Shown here one piece after another: positions 44,419 to 53,076 of a stretch of DNA of 63,654 nucleotides; the first letter of the stretch is position 1, and every line of letters begins with the position of its first letter. This DNA comes from Desulfobacterales bacterium (lineage in GTDB: Bacteria; Desulfobacterota; Desulfobacteria; Desulfobacterales; ETH-SRB1): contig JAUWQO010000004.1 in assembly GCA_030610995.1 (NCBI GenBank), positions 1 to 63,654 of the forward strand, read 5' to 3'. The notes under the pieces are model-generated. The model had not been told where the DNA came from. It saw nothing but the letters and a program-made list of their open reading frames with translations, and did not search any database. Made by a program: the position numbers and the translations under genes.

Positions 44419-45228
44419 ATGGCAAAGATTGTAGGAGTAAGATTTAAGTCTTTTGGCAAGGTTTACGATTTTGACAGCGGCGCATTTGTGCTTAGCTGCG
44501 GAGATAGTGTGATTGTAGAAACAGAGCGGGGTCTTTCTTTTGGAATGGTTGCGGCGCCTCCCGCGCCACGTGATGAACAGTTGTCGGGCCGGCCGCTTAA
44601 AAAGGTGTTTCGTCTCGCTAATGAAAAAGATTTCAAGCAGCGAGAGAAAAACCTTGAAAAAGAAAAAGCGGCCCAAGCATTCTGCATTAAATGCATCAAT
44701 GAGCTAAAACTGAAAATGAACCTGTTTGTTGTTGAAAGCTCCTTTGATAGTAGCAAGCTGACCTTTTTTTTCACGGCCGAGGGTCGTGTCGACTTTCGTC
44801 AACTTGTTAAAAAGCTGATCAACCAGTTCGGGGTCAGGATTGAGATGAGACAGGTTGGAATACGGAATCAGGCCAAGATGAGCGGCGGTGTCGGAAGATG
44901 CGGACGACAAATCTGTTGCTCTCTATTCATGAATACGTTTGAACCGGTTTCTATACGTATGGCAAAGGACCAGAATCTGTCGTTAAATCCAACAAAGATT
45001 TCCGGTTTGTGCGGCAGGCTGATGTGTTGCCTTACATATGAATATGAAACATACAAAAAGCTTAAGAAAAAGTTTCCAAAGATCGGAAAAATAGTGAATA
45101 CTGCGATGGGACGGGGCAAGGTGATACGACATAACGTAATACAAAATCGCCTGACAATACATATGGATGAGGGTCAGGATGTAGAATTGCTGTTAGATGA
45201 TATTATAAAGGAACAGGAGAGAAAATGA
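44419..45228 (+). CDS. PSP1-domain protein (RicT/YaaT-like)
   Basis: VGVRFK..GKVYDFD start, PSP1 C-terminal domain with Cys cluster (CGRQICCS..LCGRLMCCL). Confidence 0.8.
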   Translation: MAKIVGVRFKSFGKVYDFDSGAFVLSCGDSVIVETERGLSFGMVAAPPAPRDEQLSGRPLKKVFRLANEKDFKQREKNLEKEKAAQAFCIKCINELKLKMNLFVVESSFDSSKLTFFFTAEGRVDFRQLVKKLINQFGVRIEMRQVGIRNQAKMSGGVGRCGRQICCSLFMNTFEPVSIRMAKDQNLSLNPTKISGLCGRLMCCLTYEYETYKKLKKKFPKIGKIVNTAMGRGKVIRHNVIQNRLTIHMDEGQDVELLLDDIIKEQERK

Positions 45229-47159
45229 CCAGGCCGTTTTATATAACAACTCCTATCTATTATGTAAACGCAATGCCCCATCTTGGGCATGCATATACTA
45301 CTATTGTAGCCGATGTTGTTTGCCGGTTTAATTTTATGCAACAGAACGAAACCTTGTTTTTGACCGGCACAGATGAACATGGGGACAAAATAGTACGCGC
45401 CGCTAAAAAAGAGAATATAAGCCCCAGGGCCTATGTGGACAAAATAAGCGAAGTTTTCAGAGACCTATGGCCCCAGCTTAACATTAAATATGATTATTTT
45501 ATCCGTACTTCCGATCCAGCCCATATTGCTGTTGTGAAGCAGATACTGCAGAAAGTTTATGATGCGGGCGATATCTATTTTAGCGAGTATGAAGGGCTCT
45601 ATTGTTTTGGGTGCGAACGCTTCTTTACCGAGCGCGAGCTGGTTGATGGAAAGTGTCCCGACCATCTCATTGAACCGGAACCTATCAAGGAGTCCAACTA
45701 TTTTTTCAAGATGAGCCGGTATCAGGACTGGCTTATCGATCATATTGAGAAGCATCCCGATTTTATTCGACCTGAACGATACAGAAATGAAGTTCTGGCA
45801 TTTTTAAGCGAACCCCTTGAAGATCTTTGCATATCACGCCCAAAGACGCGACTTAAATGGGGAATCACCCTGCCGTTTGATAAAAACTATGTTACATATG
45901 TGTGGTTTGATGCTCTTTTAAACTATATCTCAGCTCTTGGATATCCTGATGGAGAGCTGTTTAAAAAATTTTGGCCGTATGCCCAGCATCTGGTTGCTAA
46001 GGATATTCTCAAGCCTCACGGTATATACTGGCCTATCATGCTTAAAGCTGCCGGTATTCCAATGTATAATCATCTTAACGTTCATGGATACTGGAATGTT
46101 GACCAGGGCAAGATGTCCAAAAGTATTGGGAATGTTGTAGAGCCGCTCCAGTTGAAAAATATTTACGGGCTTGATGCATTCAGATTTTTTTTGATGCGGG
46201 ATATGGTATTCGGGCTTGATTCCAACTTTAGCGAACAGGCGCTGGTTCAGCGAATCAATGCGGATCTGGCAAACGATCTCGGCAACCTGTTTTCCAGAGT
46301 TGTTGCAATGGTCCACAAATATTTCAAAGGCATAGTCCCTGAGGTTGATCCGGGAGTTGAAGATGAGTTTCAGCTTGGTCTTAAATCGGATATGCTGGCT
46401 GCAATCCCCGAATATGAGCAGGCTATGGAGAATTTTGCTTTTCACAAAGCCCTTGTGACAACCTGGGAGTTAATCGCCAAGATGAACAGATATGTCGATG
46501 TTACGTCGCCGTGGGTGCTTGCAAAGAAAAAATCCAGCCAAAAACAGTTGCAGGTTGTAATCTCAAATCTTCTTAACGGGCTCGGAGTGATAGCAGGTCT
46601 TATTTATCCGATCATGCCGGACACATCCGCAGCCATGCAAAAGCATCTTGGCATAAATCCGGATCTGATTACAAAAGGGAGCTTTAACAACCTCGATATG
46701 CTTAAAACATGGAAAATAATCAAGCCGGGCACACAGCTTCCAAAAGGGATCACCCTTTTTCCCAGAATTGACATGAAAAACAATAAGGCTATGTCGCAGA
46801 AGGAGTCGGCTGCCGGAGATCTCTTATCTGTCTTAAAAACCGAGATACCTGTAGAAGCATTCGGCGCAATTGATCTCAGGGTGGCTACAGTGCTTAGCGC
46901 AGAATCGATTCCAAGGGCAAAAAAGCTGCTTAAGCTTGAGGTCGATCTGGGAGAAAAGCGGACCCTTGTAGCAGGTGTTGCCGCAAGCTATAAACCTGAA
47001 GATCTGGTCGGGAAACAGGTAATAGTGGTTGCTAATTTAAAGCCGGCTAAAATAATGGGAATAGTTTCAAACGGAATGGCGCTGGCTGCTGTTGATGATA
47101 ATGGCTGTTCTTTAGTAACCGTAGATAGAAAGGTTAAGCCGGGAACGCCTGTGAGCTGA
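45225..47159 (+). CDS. metG: Methionine--tRNA ligase with C-terminal tRNA-binding (EMAP-like) domain
   Basis: TPIYYVNAMPHLGHAYT (HIGH), KMSKS, Zn knuckle CFGCERF..CPDH. Confidence 0.93.
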   Translation: MTRPFYITTPIYYVNAMPHLGHAYTTIVADVVCRFNFMQQNETLFLTGTDEHGDKIVRAAKKENISPRAYVDKISEVFRDLWPQLNIKYDYFIRTSDPAHIAVVKQILQKVYDAGDIYFSEYEGLYCFGCERFFTERELVDGKCPDHLIEPEPIKESNYFFKMSRYQDWLIDHIEKHPDFIRPERYRNEVLAFLSEPLEDLCISRPKTRLKWGITLPFDKNYVTYVWFDALLNYISALGYPDGELFKKFWPYAQHLVAKDILKPHGIYWPIMLKAAGIPMYNHLNVHGYWNVDQGKMSKSIGNVVEPLQLKNIYGLDAFRFFLMRDMVFGLDSNFSEQALVQRINADLANDLGNLFSRVVAMVHKYFKGIVPEVDPGVEDEFQLGLKSDMLAAIPEYEQAMENFAFHKALVTTWELIAKMNRYVDVTSPWVLAKKKSSQKQLQVVISNLLNGLGVIAGLIYPIMPDTSAAMQKHLGINPDLITKGSFNNLDMLKTWKIIKPGTQLPKGITLFPRIDMKNNKAMSQKESAAGDLLSVLKTEIPVEAFGAIDLRVATVLSAESIPRAKKLLKLEVDLGEKRTLVAGVAASYKPEDLVGKQVIVVANLKPAKIMGIVSNGMALAAVDDNGCSLVTVDRKVKPGTPVS

Positions 47160-47421
47160 AAGCGACCATAATCCTTAGATGGCATCCACCGCACAGCCCT
47201 TCTCCTTATATCCGAAATTCTTGGAAATACCACCACCACCATGCCCATAAGCGCTTAAATAAGCATTTTTTTAACCCCAGAAGTAGTTGTAGCAAAATTC
47301 ATAATTCACAATTAGCGATTGATTATTGACAATTTGTAGTGATAAGTTAAGTAGTTATCGACATCGACCCATTTTGTATAATAATCAATAATCAATTGTA
47401 AATTACTAATTGTTAAAAACT

Positions 47422-47468
47422 TTTCCACAAGGCTTTTAACCCCTAACGGCTGTCTGTGGGACCTGGTA
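47422..47468 (+). repeat. 47-nt fragment homologous to the 3' part of the XRE-ImmA gene (matches 49901..49948)
   Basis: tttccacaaggcttttaacccctaacggctgtctgtgggacctggta versus tttccagaaggcttttaacccccaacggccgcctgtgggatctggta: 5 mismatches in 47 by my count. Confidence 0.75.
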
Positions 47469-47499
47469 CGGGAAAAAAATCAAACAGCCATCAAAGTAT

Positions 47500-47528
47500 T
47501 TGCTTTTGAAGCGAATAACGATTATAAT
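47500..47528 (+). promoter_or_regulatory. Sigma70-like promoter for the Fic gene with overlapping 12-bp palindrome
   Basis: TTGCTT-N17-TATAAT, 33 nt upstream of ATG 47562; the -10 box lies inside perfect palindrome cgattataatcg (47519..47530). Confidence 0.4.
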
Positions 47529-47561
47529 CGCTTTAAATTATGAAGCGAAAGGAAGGCTGAA

Positions 47562-48683
47562 ATGCGTTATGTATGGCAAAATACAAACTGGACAGAATTT
47601 AGCTGGGAAAGTGATGCACTGATTCAACCGCTTGGTCGGGCTCGACTGCGCCAGGGCAGGTTGCTGAGCAAGGTGAATGCTCTGGGTTTGAAATTCAGCA
47701 AAGAAGCCAGGGTTGAAATATTGATTGAAGAAGCCGTTAAAACCGCTGCGATCGAAGGGCAGGCCCTGCACAGGGATTCGGTCAGGTCTTCAGTGGCACG
47801 GCGACTTGGGCTGCCGACAGCCGGTTTGCCCGCCACGGAACGGGTTGTCGATGGCCTGGTGGATGTTCTGTTGGATGCCACTGCAAATTACAGCGAGCCG
47901 CTGTCGCCCGAAAGACTGATTGGCTGGCAGGCTGCCCTCTTTCCGACAGGGTATTCAGGCTTGCGGAAAACTCGTACCGGTCAATGGCGAGGCCCGGAAC
48001 TTATGCAGGTGGTATCAGGCCCTGTTGGCAAAGAAAAAGTCCACTTTGAGGCGCCGCCATCAGACCAGGTGGATATGGAAATCAGAGATTTCATTCAATG
48101 GTGGACAAAGGGATCGAAAAAAATCGAGGGACTGCTGCGGGCCGCTATAGCCCATTTTCGGTTTGTCACTATTCATCCGTTTGAAGATGGTAATGGACGG
48201 ATCGCCAGAGCCCTTACTGATATGGCGTTGGCACAGGATGAGAACCTGCCGTCCAGGTTTTACAGCCTTTCGACACGTATCATGGCTGAAAGGGATAGAT
48301 ACTACCGTGTGCTGGAGCAATGTCAGAAAGGAGACGGTAATATAACTGATTGGCTGCTATGGTTTCTGGAATGTTTCGAACGGGCGCTTGAGCATTCAGA
48401 GACATTGATTTCAAATGTTCTGGCAAAGGCACGGTTTTGGCAGCAGCATGGGCAGACGACATTGAATAAACGCCAGCAAAAGGTTATCAATCGGTTGCTG
48501 GATGCCGGTCCAGGCGGTTTCGAAGGCGGTCTGACCACCCGTAAATATGTGGGCATGGTAAAGGTTAGCCGGGCAACCGCTTATCGCGAGATATCGGACC
48601 TGGTTGCAAAGCAGATATTTAGGCAGAACCCGGGCAGGGGTCGCAGTGTCAGCTATGACATAATATGGGCAGATACGGAGTAA
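47562..48683 (+). CDS. Fic family protein (DUF4172-type N-terminus, class II inhibitory helix, C-terminal wHTH-like tail)
   Basis: Fic motif HPFEDGNGRIARAL; N-terminal TAAIEG matches the (S/T)xxxE(G/N) intramolecular inhibitory motif. Confidence 0.85.
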   Translation: MRYVWQNTNWTEFSWESDALIQPLGRARLRQGRLLSKVNALGLKFSKEARVEILIEEAVKTAAIEGQALHRDSVRSSVARRLGLPTAGLPATERVVDGLVDVLLDATANYSEPLSPERLIGWQAALFPTGYSGLRKTRTGQWRGPELMQVVSGPVGKEKVHFEAPPSDQVDMEIRDFIQWWTKGSKKIEGLLRAAIAHFRFVTIHPFEDGNGRIARALTDMALAQDENLPSRFYSLSTRIMAERDRYYRVLEQCQKGDGNITDWLLWFLECFERALEHSETLISNVLAKARFWQQHGQTTLNKRQQKVINRLLDAGPGGFEGGLTTRKYVGMVKVSRATAYREISDLVAKQIFRQNPGRGRSVSYDIIWADTE

Positions 48684-48842
48684 AATGTTATCACTAAAAC
48701 CAATCTCCGGTGCCTGTCTAAACTCAACATCTGCCCAATCATAAACTGGAAACACAGCGGCTTGAACTTCTAATTCATTGACCCATTTTCTTCTTCTGCA
48801 CACTCTCTGACACGCTCCCAGAACCATTTCGTGCTATATATC

Positions 48843-48867
48843 TGTCAATATAAAAATTATATTGACA
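48843..48867 (+). promoter_or_regulatory. Candidate operator: 10-bp perfect inverted repeat upstream of the XRE-ImmA gene
   Basis: tgtcaatata-aaaat-tatattgaca; right arm contains TTGACA (-35-like) followed 17 nt later by TAACAT. Confidence 0.4.
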
Positions 48868-48897
48868 AAAACAAGACCAAAAAGTAACATTAAAAAT

Positions 48898-50034
48898 ATG
48901 AAAATCAATCTTGGTTTCATCGGAAAAAATATCCGTAAACTTAGACGGCAACGTAGTTGGACGATGGCTAAACTCGCTGCAAAAGTCGGAATGAGCGAAG
49001 TGCCTTTAGGAAGAATTGAGCGCGGTGTAAACGCTCCTTCCGCTTCTGTAATTTACAGACTGTCAAAAGAGTTGGGCGTTTCTGTGGATATGCTTTTTGC
49101 CGAGGATAATCAAAACCTCAGATCTCTTCAGTATGAAAAAGCACGAAATCCTTTTCTTGTTGCAATCGACAAAGAGCATGAAGCTCTGCCCGCTAAAACC
49201 AGGATTATGGCCCAGGATATTATTGATGCGTTTTGTGCCCTTGAAGATATTTGCAAAGCGCAGAAAAGGGCAAATATTCCGCTTGTTATTCCTTTCGATC
49301 TCACAATTAGGGGAATGGAAGCACTTTCGGAAAAGGTGCGCTATTTTGCCGGAATTGAGCACGGCGTGGTCTTTGACTATTTTGAACTCTTTGAAACCCT
49401 TGGTTTTCGTGTAATCGTAGCTCCTATGCCTAAAGGAATTGAGAGTTTTTCATATTATGACCCTTTAAATCAGAATGCTTTCTTTTTTTTGACGGCAAGG
49501 CAGAATCCTGAACGTCAGCTTTTTTGCCTGGCCTATGAATTGGGAAAGGTCTTAATCCTGACTCACTCTATACAGCAGGGCGTGGAATTGTTTCAAACCG
49601 ATGCCGCATCTGATTCTTCAGGCGAAAAACCGTTTACAGCTCATCGTGCTGCCAGGCGTTTTGCCGCTACCTTTCTGATGCCTGCAAAAGCTGTGAGCGA
49701 TACTGTTAGACAATTAGGAATTCAAAAAAAGTACTGGTCTTACGAACTCTTGCTTAGAATCAAACATCGCTTTGGTGTTTCAGCAGAAGCTTTTTTATAT
49801 CGTTTAAATGAACTCGATTTAATCGATCCCTCTCTGGTTCAATCGCTTAAAGCTAAAATTCATAAATATTACGGCAAAACAAATTTTGGCGAACCAGATC
49901 TTTCCAGAAGGCTTTTAACCCCCAACGGCCGCCTGTGGGATCTGGTATTAACCGGGAAAGAATCAAAAGAAGGACGTGAGGAAGTGTTTAAAATTGAGAA
50001 AGTATTGAAAAAGTGGAAGGTAGTAAGAAAATGA
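48898..50034 (+). CDS. XRE-family HTH fused to ImmA/IrrE-type metallopeptidase domain
   Basis: N-terminal HTH (IRKLRRQRSWTMAKLAAKVGMSEVPLGRIERG), C-terminal region with ImmA/DUF955-like layout (LAYELGKVL..., FAATFLMP); ATG at 48898 preferred over TTG 48862. Confidence 0.7.
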   Translation: MKINLGFIGKNIRKLRRQRSWTMAKLAAKVGMSEVPLGRIERGVNAPSASVIYRLSKELGVSVDMLFAEDNQNLRSLQYEKARNPFLVAIDKEHEALPAKTRIMAQDIIDAFCALEDICKAQKRANIPLVIPFDLTIRGMEALSEKVRYFAGIEHGVVFDYFELFETLGFRVIVAPMPKGIESFSYYDPLNQNAFFFLTARQNPERQLFCLAYELGKVLILTHSIQQGVELFQTDAASDSSGEKPFTAHRAARRFAATFLMPAKAVSDTVRQLGIQKKYWSYELLLRIKHRFGVSAEAFLYRLNELDLIDPSLVQSLKAKIHKYYGKTNFGEPDLSRRLLTPNGRLWDLVLTGKESKEGREEVFKIEKVLKKWKVVRK

Positions 50035-50084
50035 ATCGGTACATAGCGCTGGATGTGGGAACAACCGACCTCTGTGTACATTAA
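50031..50084 (+). pseudogene. Truncated 5' end of a DEDDh exonuclease gene (17 codons then stop)
   Basis: MNRYIALDVGTTDLCVH*; first ~35 nt match the start of the intact exonuclease at 51487; ATGA overlap with the ImmA stop. Confidence 0.6.
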
Positions 50085-50214
50085 AAAATAAGCGGAAAAC
50101 TATATCCAAATACCAGGGCAAGCTGAAGAAAGAAAAGAACCTGGGAACGCAGGTTCAACTGAACACTCGAATCAAACAGATCAAGTGTCGCATCGAGGAA
50201 ATTAAGGCAGCATT

Positions 50215-51342
50215 ATGAATGGCGAAAGAGATAAAAAGCACGAAACAGAACAGCGAAAGGTTCGTAATGTGAAACAAAAAGACGGGATTGTTATGCCTGT
50301 TCCGGTTTCACAAACTGATCTTCCTGATGGCTACGCAAATTTGCTGGCCTCCCTCAAGAAACGTATTCAACAGGAGCGCATAAAAACGGTTCTATCTGCC
50401 AATTGCGCAATGGTGATGCTCTATTGGGATATTGGGGCATCCATACTCGAAAGACAGCAAACCGAGGGCTGGGGGGCAAAAGTCATAGACAGGCTTTCAT
50501 TTGATCTAAAAGAAGCATTCCCGGATATGAAGGGGTTTTCCTCGCGAAATCTGAAATATATGCGCAAATTTGCTGAATCATGGAGAGATCGTCAATTAGT
50601 GCAACGCACCGTTGCACTAATTCCATGGCGCAGCAACCTGGCTCTATTGGACAAATTAAAAGACCTCAAACAACGGCTTTGGTATGCTCAAAAGACAATA
50701 GAAAACGGCTGGAGTCGTGATGTTTTATCCTTTCAGATTGAAACGCAGCTTCACAAACGATTAGGTAAGGCTACTAACAACTTTGAAATAGCGCTTCCTC
50801 CTGCCGATTCTGATATGGCATCTCAAATCTTCAAAGACCCTTATATCTTTGATTTTCTGGGAACGGCTGAACCTCGTAGAGAAACAGAATTAGAGCAGAA
50901 GCTTATTGAGCATCTGGAAAAATTTCTATTGGAACTGGGACAGGGTTTTGCTTTTGTAGGCAGACAGGTTCATATGGAAGTTGGGGATGATGATTTTTAT
51001 ATTGACCTGCTTTTTTATCACCTCAAATTGCGCTGCTATGTGGTGGTTGAGTTAAAGGCTGGAAAATTTCAGGCCGGTCATGTCAGCCAATTGAATATGT
51101 ATATGAATATAGTTGATGATCTGATGCGTCATCCGGATGACAAGCCGACAATCGGACTATTGCTGGTAAAAGAAAAAAACAAAACTCTGGCTAAATATGC
51201 CCTTGCCGGATACACCAAGCCGATGGGTGTTGCCGAGTGGGAAAGACATATAACAGAGTCTATTCCTGAAAATCTTAAATCAAGTCTACCTACCATTGAA
51301 GAGATTGAAGCTGAATTTTCAGCGGAGGAAAATGACGGATGA
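50215..51342 (+). CDS. YhcG/DUF1016-family PD-(D/E)XK nuclease-like protein
   Basis: N-terminal helical region (YWDIG..I...Q..GWGAKVI..LS.DL) and C-terminal nuclease core (FAFVGRQ..DFYIDLLFYH..YVVVELK). Confidence 0.8.
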   Translation: MNGERDKKHETEQRKVRNVKQKDGIVMPVPVSQTDLPDGYANLLASLKKRIQQERIKTVLSANCAMVMLYWDIGASILERQQTEGWGAKVIDRLSFDLKEAFPDMKGFSSRNLKYMRKFAESWRDRQLVQRTVALIPWRSNLALLDKLKDLKQRLWYAQKTIENGWSRDVLSFQIETQLHKRLGKATNNFEIALPPADSDMASQIFKDPYIFDFLGTAEPRRETELEQKLIEHLEKFLLELGQGFAFVGRQVHMEVGDDDFYIDLLFYHLKLRCYVVVELKAGKFQAGHVSQLNMYMNIVDDLMRHPDDKPTIGLLLVKEKNKTLAKYALAGYTKPMGVAEWERHITESIPENLKSSLPTIEEIEAEFSAEENDG

Positions 51343-51406
51343 GCAATAATAGCAGACAATTTCTGGTTAGAGCTGGAGACGACAATGGATAAATTGACAG
51401 AACAGG

Positions 51407-51486
51407 ACGGGAAAAGAATCGGAAAAAGGACGTGAGGAAGTGCTTGAAATTGAGAGAGTATTGAAAAAGTGGAAAGTGGTAAAAAA
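51407..51486 (+). repeat. Orphan 3' fragment of an XRE-ImmA gene directly abutting the intact exonuclease
   Basis: 51428..51521 versus 49972..50065: 8 mismatches in 94 ungapped nt by my count; preserves the ATGA stop/start junction. Confidence 0.8.
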
Positions 51487-51996
51487 ATGAATCGGTATAT
51501 AGCGCTGGATGTGGAAACAACGGGTCTTTCGCCCCAAAACGGGGACAGGGTAATAGAAATCGGCGCAGTTGCTATCGAGAATCAGGGCATTATTGCTGAA
51601 TTCAGCAGCCTTATCGATGTTGACAAAAGGATCCCCTGGCAAGTTCAGCAGGTGCACAGCATAACCAATGAAATGCTAAGCGGCGAACCCAAACCGGATG
51701 AGATATGGTCGGAGTTTTACGAATTCATTGCCGGAAGTATCCTGGTAGCCCACAATGCAAGCTTTGACATCGGATTTTTAAGACATGAATTTGATTTATT
51801 AGGCATGACTCTGAATAATCGGTCTTTGTGTACACTAAAAATGAGCAGAAAGCTATATCCGCATTTGCCCGATCATAAACTGGAAACAGTAAGCCGATAC
51901 CTGCTTGGAGAATCAGCGAATCAGATGCAAAGACATCGGGCGCTTGATGACGCGAAGCTTGCGGCCATGATATGGCTTGAAATGGGGAAAATGTGA
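51487..51996 (+). CDS. DEDDh 3'-5' exonuclease (DnaQ/epsilon-like, stand-alone)
   Basis: ExoI ALDVETTG, ExoII AHNASFDIGFL, ExoIII HRALDDA; 169 aa from ATG 51487. Confidence 0.85.
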   Translation: MNRYIALDVETTGLSPQNGDRVIEIGAVAIENQGIIAEFSSLIDVDKRIPWQVQQVHSITNEMLSGEPKPDEIWSEFYEFIAGSILVAHNASFDIGFLRHEFDLLGMTLNNRSLCTLKMSRKLYPHLPDHKLETVSRYLLGESANQMQRHRALDDAKLAAMIWLEMGKM

Positions 51997-52057
51997 GCAG
52001 GCTGAACAAATGAAAGAGCTGTTAAAATAACAGATTAAACAAGAGGATATCGTAACT

Positions 52058-53074
52058 ATGTCAAAAGAACTTACAAACTCAACCATAGAACGCCAGAATG
52101 TTCTGAACAACCCCTATGCAGTTACCGAAATTCAGAAAGCTGTAGACCTCCGATGCATCTTTTTTGAAGACCGCAATTGGTTAAATAAGGAGCAGATCGC
52201 TTCTTTTTTTGAAGTCACGCCGCGTACCATCGATAATTATCTCAACAAATATGAAAGCGAATTGCGTCATAACGGTTACGAAGTGCTGCAAGGTATCCGA
52301 TTGAAAAAGTTGAAGAAAGCTATAATTGAGCAGTTTGGTGACGAAATGGATTTCATTACCAAAACAACGACTCTCGGCATATTTGATTTTAGGGCGTTTC
52401 TTAATATCGCAATGTTGCTGACCGAAAGCGAACGGGCCCGCGTGTTGCGGCAAACCATTCTGGATATCGTTATCGACACGATAAATCAGCGTACCGGAGG
52501 CAGTACCAAATATATCAATCAGCGTGACGAAGACTTTATTCTTGCCTACTTTCAGGAGGAGAATTACCGCAAGGAATTTACCAATGCGTTGCGGGATTAT
52601 GTGGACATGGGTAATTTCAAATACCCGATGTACACCAATAAAATTTATGTCAGCATCTTTCGTGAAAATGCACAAGAATATCGCAAGATACTGAAGCTGC
52701 ACGAAAAAGATAAAGTTCGCGATACCTTTTATTCCGAGATTCTCGATCTGGTGGCTTCCTACGAATACGGATTTGCCAAACTGCTGGAAGCCACCCATGC
52801 AAAATGGCAGCAAAAGCTGACTTCATGGGATGTAGATCTGCTCTTTAAGGAATTTGAGAAACAGCCGCACTGGAAACCCCTGGTTGAAAGGGCCAGAAAC
52901 AAGATGGCAAGCCGTGACCTGGTGTTCAGAGATGCACTTCATTTGCAGCTAAAAGAATATATTATGCCTGTTCAAGCTGATGAATTTGAACGTTTTCTTG
53001 GGGAGAAAAGCAAGGAGTTGGCAGAACGCCTGGAAGAAGCCAAAGATGTTTTTAAACGGTTAAAGGAACGCTAA
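52058..53074 (+). CDS. RhuM-like DNA-binding protein (probable partner of the adjacent Doc)
   Basis: IFFEDRNWLNKEQIASFFEVTPRTIDNYLNKY parallels the RhuM N-terminal motif (..VWLTQ.QMAELF...R.VI..HI.NIF); 3-nt gap to Doc gene. Confidence 0.5.
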   Translation: MSKELTNSTIERQNVLNNPYAVTEIQKAVDLRCIFFEDRNWLNKEQIASFFEVTPRTIDNYLNKYESELRHNGYEVLQGIRLKKLKKAIIEQFGDEMDFITKTTTLGIFDFRAFLNIAMLLTESERARVLRQTILDIVIDTINQRTGGSTKYINQRDEDFILAYFQEENYRKEFTNALRDYVDMGNFKYPMYTNKIYVSIFRENAQEYRKILKLHEKDKVRDTFYSEILDLVASYEYGFAKLLEATHAKWQQKLTSWDVDLLFKEFEKQPHWKPLVERARNKMASRDLVFRDALHLQLKEYIMPVQADEFERFLGEKSKELAERLEEAKDVFKRLKER

Positions 53075-53076
53075 TA

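Noticed and set aside
45930-46445. 171-aa ORF on the minus strand
   Set aside because: It is antisense to metG. The same reasoning applies to the many 60-150-aa track ORFs inside gyrB, yidC, mnmE, the radical SAM gene, hom, the 1124-aa flavoprotein and others.
47160-47421. Possible small gene or attachment site right after metG. The minus-strand frame reads ..GHGGGGISKNFGYKEKGCAVDAI*, and there are attgattattgacaat / tcaataatcaattg inverted repeats.
   Set aside because: The frame has no start codon. The inverted repeats resemble the other host palindromic elements. I could not tie them to an integrase-type att site.
48411-48827. 138-aa minus-strand ORF spanning the Fic 3' end and the intergenic region
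   Set aside because: It mostly overlaps the Fic CDS antisense in a GC-rich stretch where long spurious frames are expected. It has no RBS or motif.
52181-52813. 210-aa ORF on the minus strand
   Set aside because: It is antisense to the RhuM-like CDS, which is coupled to Doc. It is a shadow ORF with no recognisable domain.
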